From Chlorokybus atmophyticus (lineage: Eukaryota; Plantae; Mesostigma and Chlorokybus algae): 64,000 bases of DNA. Position numbers and translations under genes: made by a program. The stretch is from NCBI GenBank assembly GCA_009103225.1, contig RHPI01003788.1:273582-337581 (forward strand), written 5' to 3'. Below the pieces are notes generated by a model that saw nothing but the letters and a program-made list of their open reading frames with translations, had not been told where the DNA came from and searched no databases. This document shows, piece by piece, positions 62,182-64,000 of the stretch (positions are counted from its first letter, which is position 1; every line of letters starts with the position of its first letter).

Positions 62182-62692
62182 TGTTGAACACTGAGCCAGT
62201 GCTGGCCAACTACAGCACACACATGCACCAGAACATACATACACACATGGCGTGCACACAAGGCTTGCAAAGGGGTTTCACCCGAACCAACAACTTGTTA
62301 ACTCTGTTGGCCTTTATACCAGCCAGACTACACATGTCTACTTTAGCAAGCACCGCGTGAGCTATATTCAGCGGATTGCCAATACGTAAGCTTGGTTGTC
62401 TAGCTTACAACCAAAGCTTATCAACAAGCTAAGCCACGCCCCCTAAGGCTACGTATACGCGGAGTTCTCGCCGTTCTCCCAAGGCGTTGGCTGCGTCAGG
62501 CTGCGCCAGCCTCATGAGCAAGTCCGGAGTCTCCTGCTTGGTCGTACTCCGTGTAGTGGACTCGATATCTGCTACAGACTCATGACTGATCGATATCACC
62601 TCTTACTAGTAGCAGTATGTCTAAGGCTCATGCCTTAGCCAATTTACAAGCTGACTAGACTGAGCAGTGTGCAAGACATGCTCATGCTAACA
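62182..62692 (-). repeat. Copia 5' LTR (511 bp)
   Basis: TG...CA; pairs with 57716-58222. Confidence 0.97.
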
Positions 62693-63071
62693 CCTATTGG
62701 TGGAGGACCCCGTGGAAGGTGTGGTGGACATTGATGGCGGGCCGCCAACATACGCGTACGGTTGATGCATGCATATGTTGCGTGGTGGGGCAGGAGTAGT
62801 AGTAATATGCGAAGCCCGTCACGGTGCTGTGCTGCGCGACATGCGCACGGTGTGTGCGGCCACCCACGTTGGTGTCCCCTTCAAGGTAGCAATGGCCTCG
62901 CGAAGGTAGCGCGCTAGTGCCTGCTCTTTCTAACCGCTGCGCTGCTGCGGCCTGTTGCTCCGGAGTAGTAATATTTGAATCCACTCTGCCTTTTATGAAT
63001 ACGAGGCAGATTAAATTTGAGGGATTCCTTAAGTATTGCCTTTCCTTGACAAACTCGATTACCAAAGGCAC

Positions 63072-63705
63072 ACCCGTCCCTGCCAAGCTAGTCTTCTCGA
63101 AGTTGGTACTCGAGTTGAGTGGTGGACCGTAGGTGTTAAAGCCAAGGTGTCGGCGGACGCAGCAAGTGTTGAGCAAGTGTCAGCTGTTGTGCTTGCGACG
63201 GTGGCAGCTTAAGTAGCTGTACCAGAGGCAGACCCATCCCTGCCAACACCTAGTCTTTTCGAAGCTGATATTCGAGTTGAGTGGTTGACCATGGGTGCCA
63301 AGGCCAAGTTGCTGGCGGAGGCAGCAAGTGTTGAGCAAGTGTCAGCTGTTGTGTGCCTGCGGCGGTGGCAGCTTGAGTAGCTGTACCAGAGGCAGACCCG
63401 TCCCTGCCAACACCTGGTTTTTTTGAAGCTGGTACTCGAGTTAGTGGTTGACCATGGGTGCCAACGCCAAGGTGCTGGCGGAGGCAGCAAGTGTTGAGCA
63501 AGTGTCAGCTGTTGTGTGCCTGCGGCGGTGGCAGCTTCAGTAGCTGTACCAGAGGCAGACCCGTCCCTGCCAACACCTGCTCTTCTCGAAGCTGATATTC
63601 CAGTGTAGTGGTTGACCACGGGAGCCAAGGCCAAGGTGCTATTGGAGGCAACAAGCGTTAAGCAAGTGTTAGCTGTCGTGCCTGCGACGGCGACAGCTTG
63701 AGTGG
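63072..63705. repeat. Tandem minisatellite, about 4 units of 162-164 bp
   Basis: GCAAGTGTTGAGCAAGTGTCAGCTG recurs at 63162, 63324, 63487 and (variant) 63651. Confidence 0.93.
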
Positions 63706-64000
63706 CGGCTGCGATATCGGCATGGCGCTTTACTTGTTGACAATTGTACATGTGGCTCAAAAGGTTCAGGACTAATTGTTTGCAATTCGGGTACTCTTAA
63801 ACAACATTGTATGTGTTCTTGTCGCTCAACTGCACATGCCTCAGGGTGGGGAATGTGTTTGAAGTGCTAATGTGGTTTTGAAGGTTCAGGACTGGTTTTT
63901 TTCAGTCCAAGCACCCAGGTGCAATACCGCATGTGGTCTTGCCACTTGAAAACACGTGTCTGGTGAGGCGCGAGTGTGCTTGAAATGCAAATCTATTCTT

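Larger units (their letters stand above)
57716..62692 (-). mobile_element. Full-length, defective Ty1/Copia retrotransposon (4977 bp)
   Basis: Two TG...CA LTRs, 5-bp TSD CCTAT (57711-15, 62693-97), PBS, and gag-PR-IN-RT-RH order. Confidence 0.98.

Overview
Eukaryotic nuclear DNA with GT-AG introns and long microsatellites, probably a green-lineage alga (inference from TE types and intron style). Most of the window is transposon-derived. The only clearly intact host gene is an 8-exon hybrid histidine kinase (PAS-like, HisKA, HATPase, split receiver-like, REC; 39389-43333, +). Mobile elements: a decayed chromodomain Ty3/Gypsy (2.5-7.1 kb); an apparently intact TA-flanked pogo-like transposon with a 3-intron, 560-aa transposase (12940-16389); four related pogo-type MITEs and several pogo remnants; an intron-split DDE-like pseudogene of a poorly classified family (29.2-33.0 kb); CRE-like, CACTA-like and L1-like remnants; a solo LTR; a decayed Gypsy with a C-terminal PHD finger; and a full-length but defective Copia with both LTRs, a CCTAT TSD and a half-tRNA PBS (57716-62692). 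The most striking unexplained structure is a dispersed 16-bp palindrome, GGACCA-N4-TGGTCC. Three of five two-sided pogo/MITE insertions sit in a TA inside the 4-nt spacer of this or a related palindrome. A second palindrome family punctuates an array of exon-like repeats at 20-22.6 kb. All alignments, counts and translations were done by eye; no searches were run.
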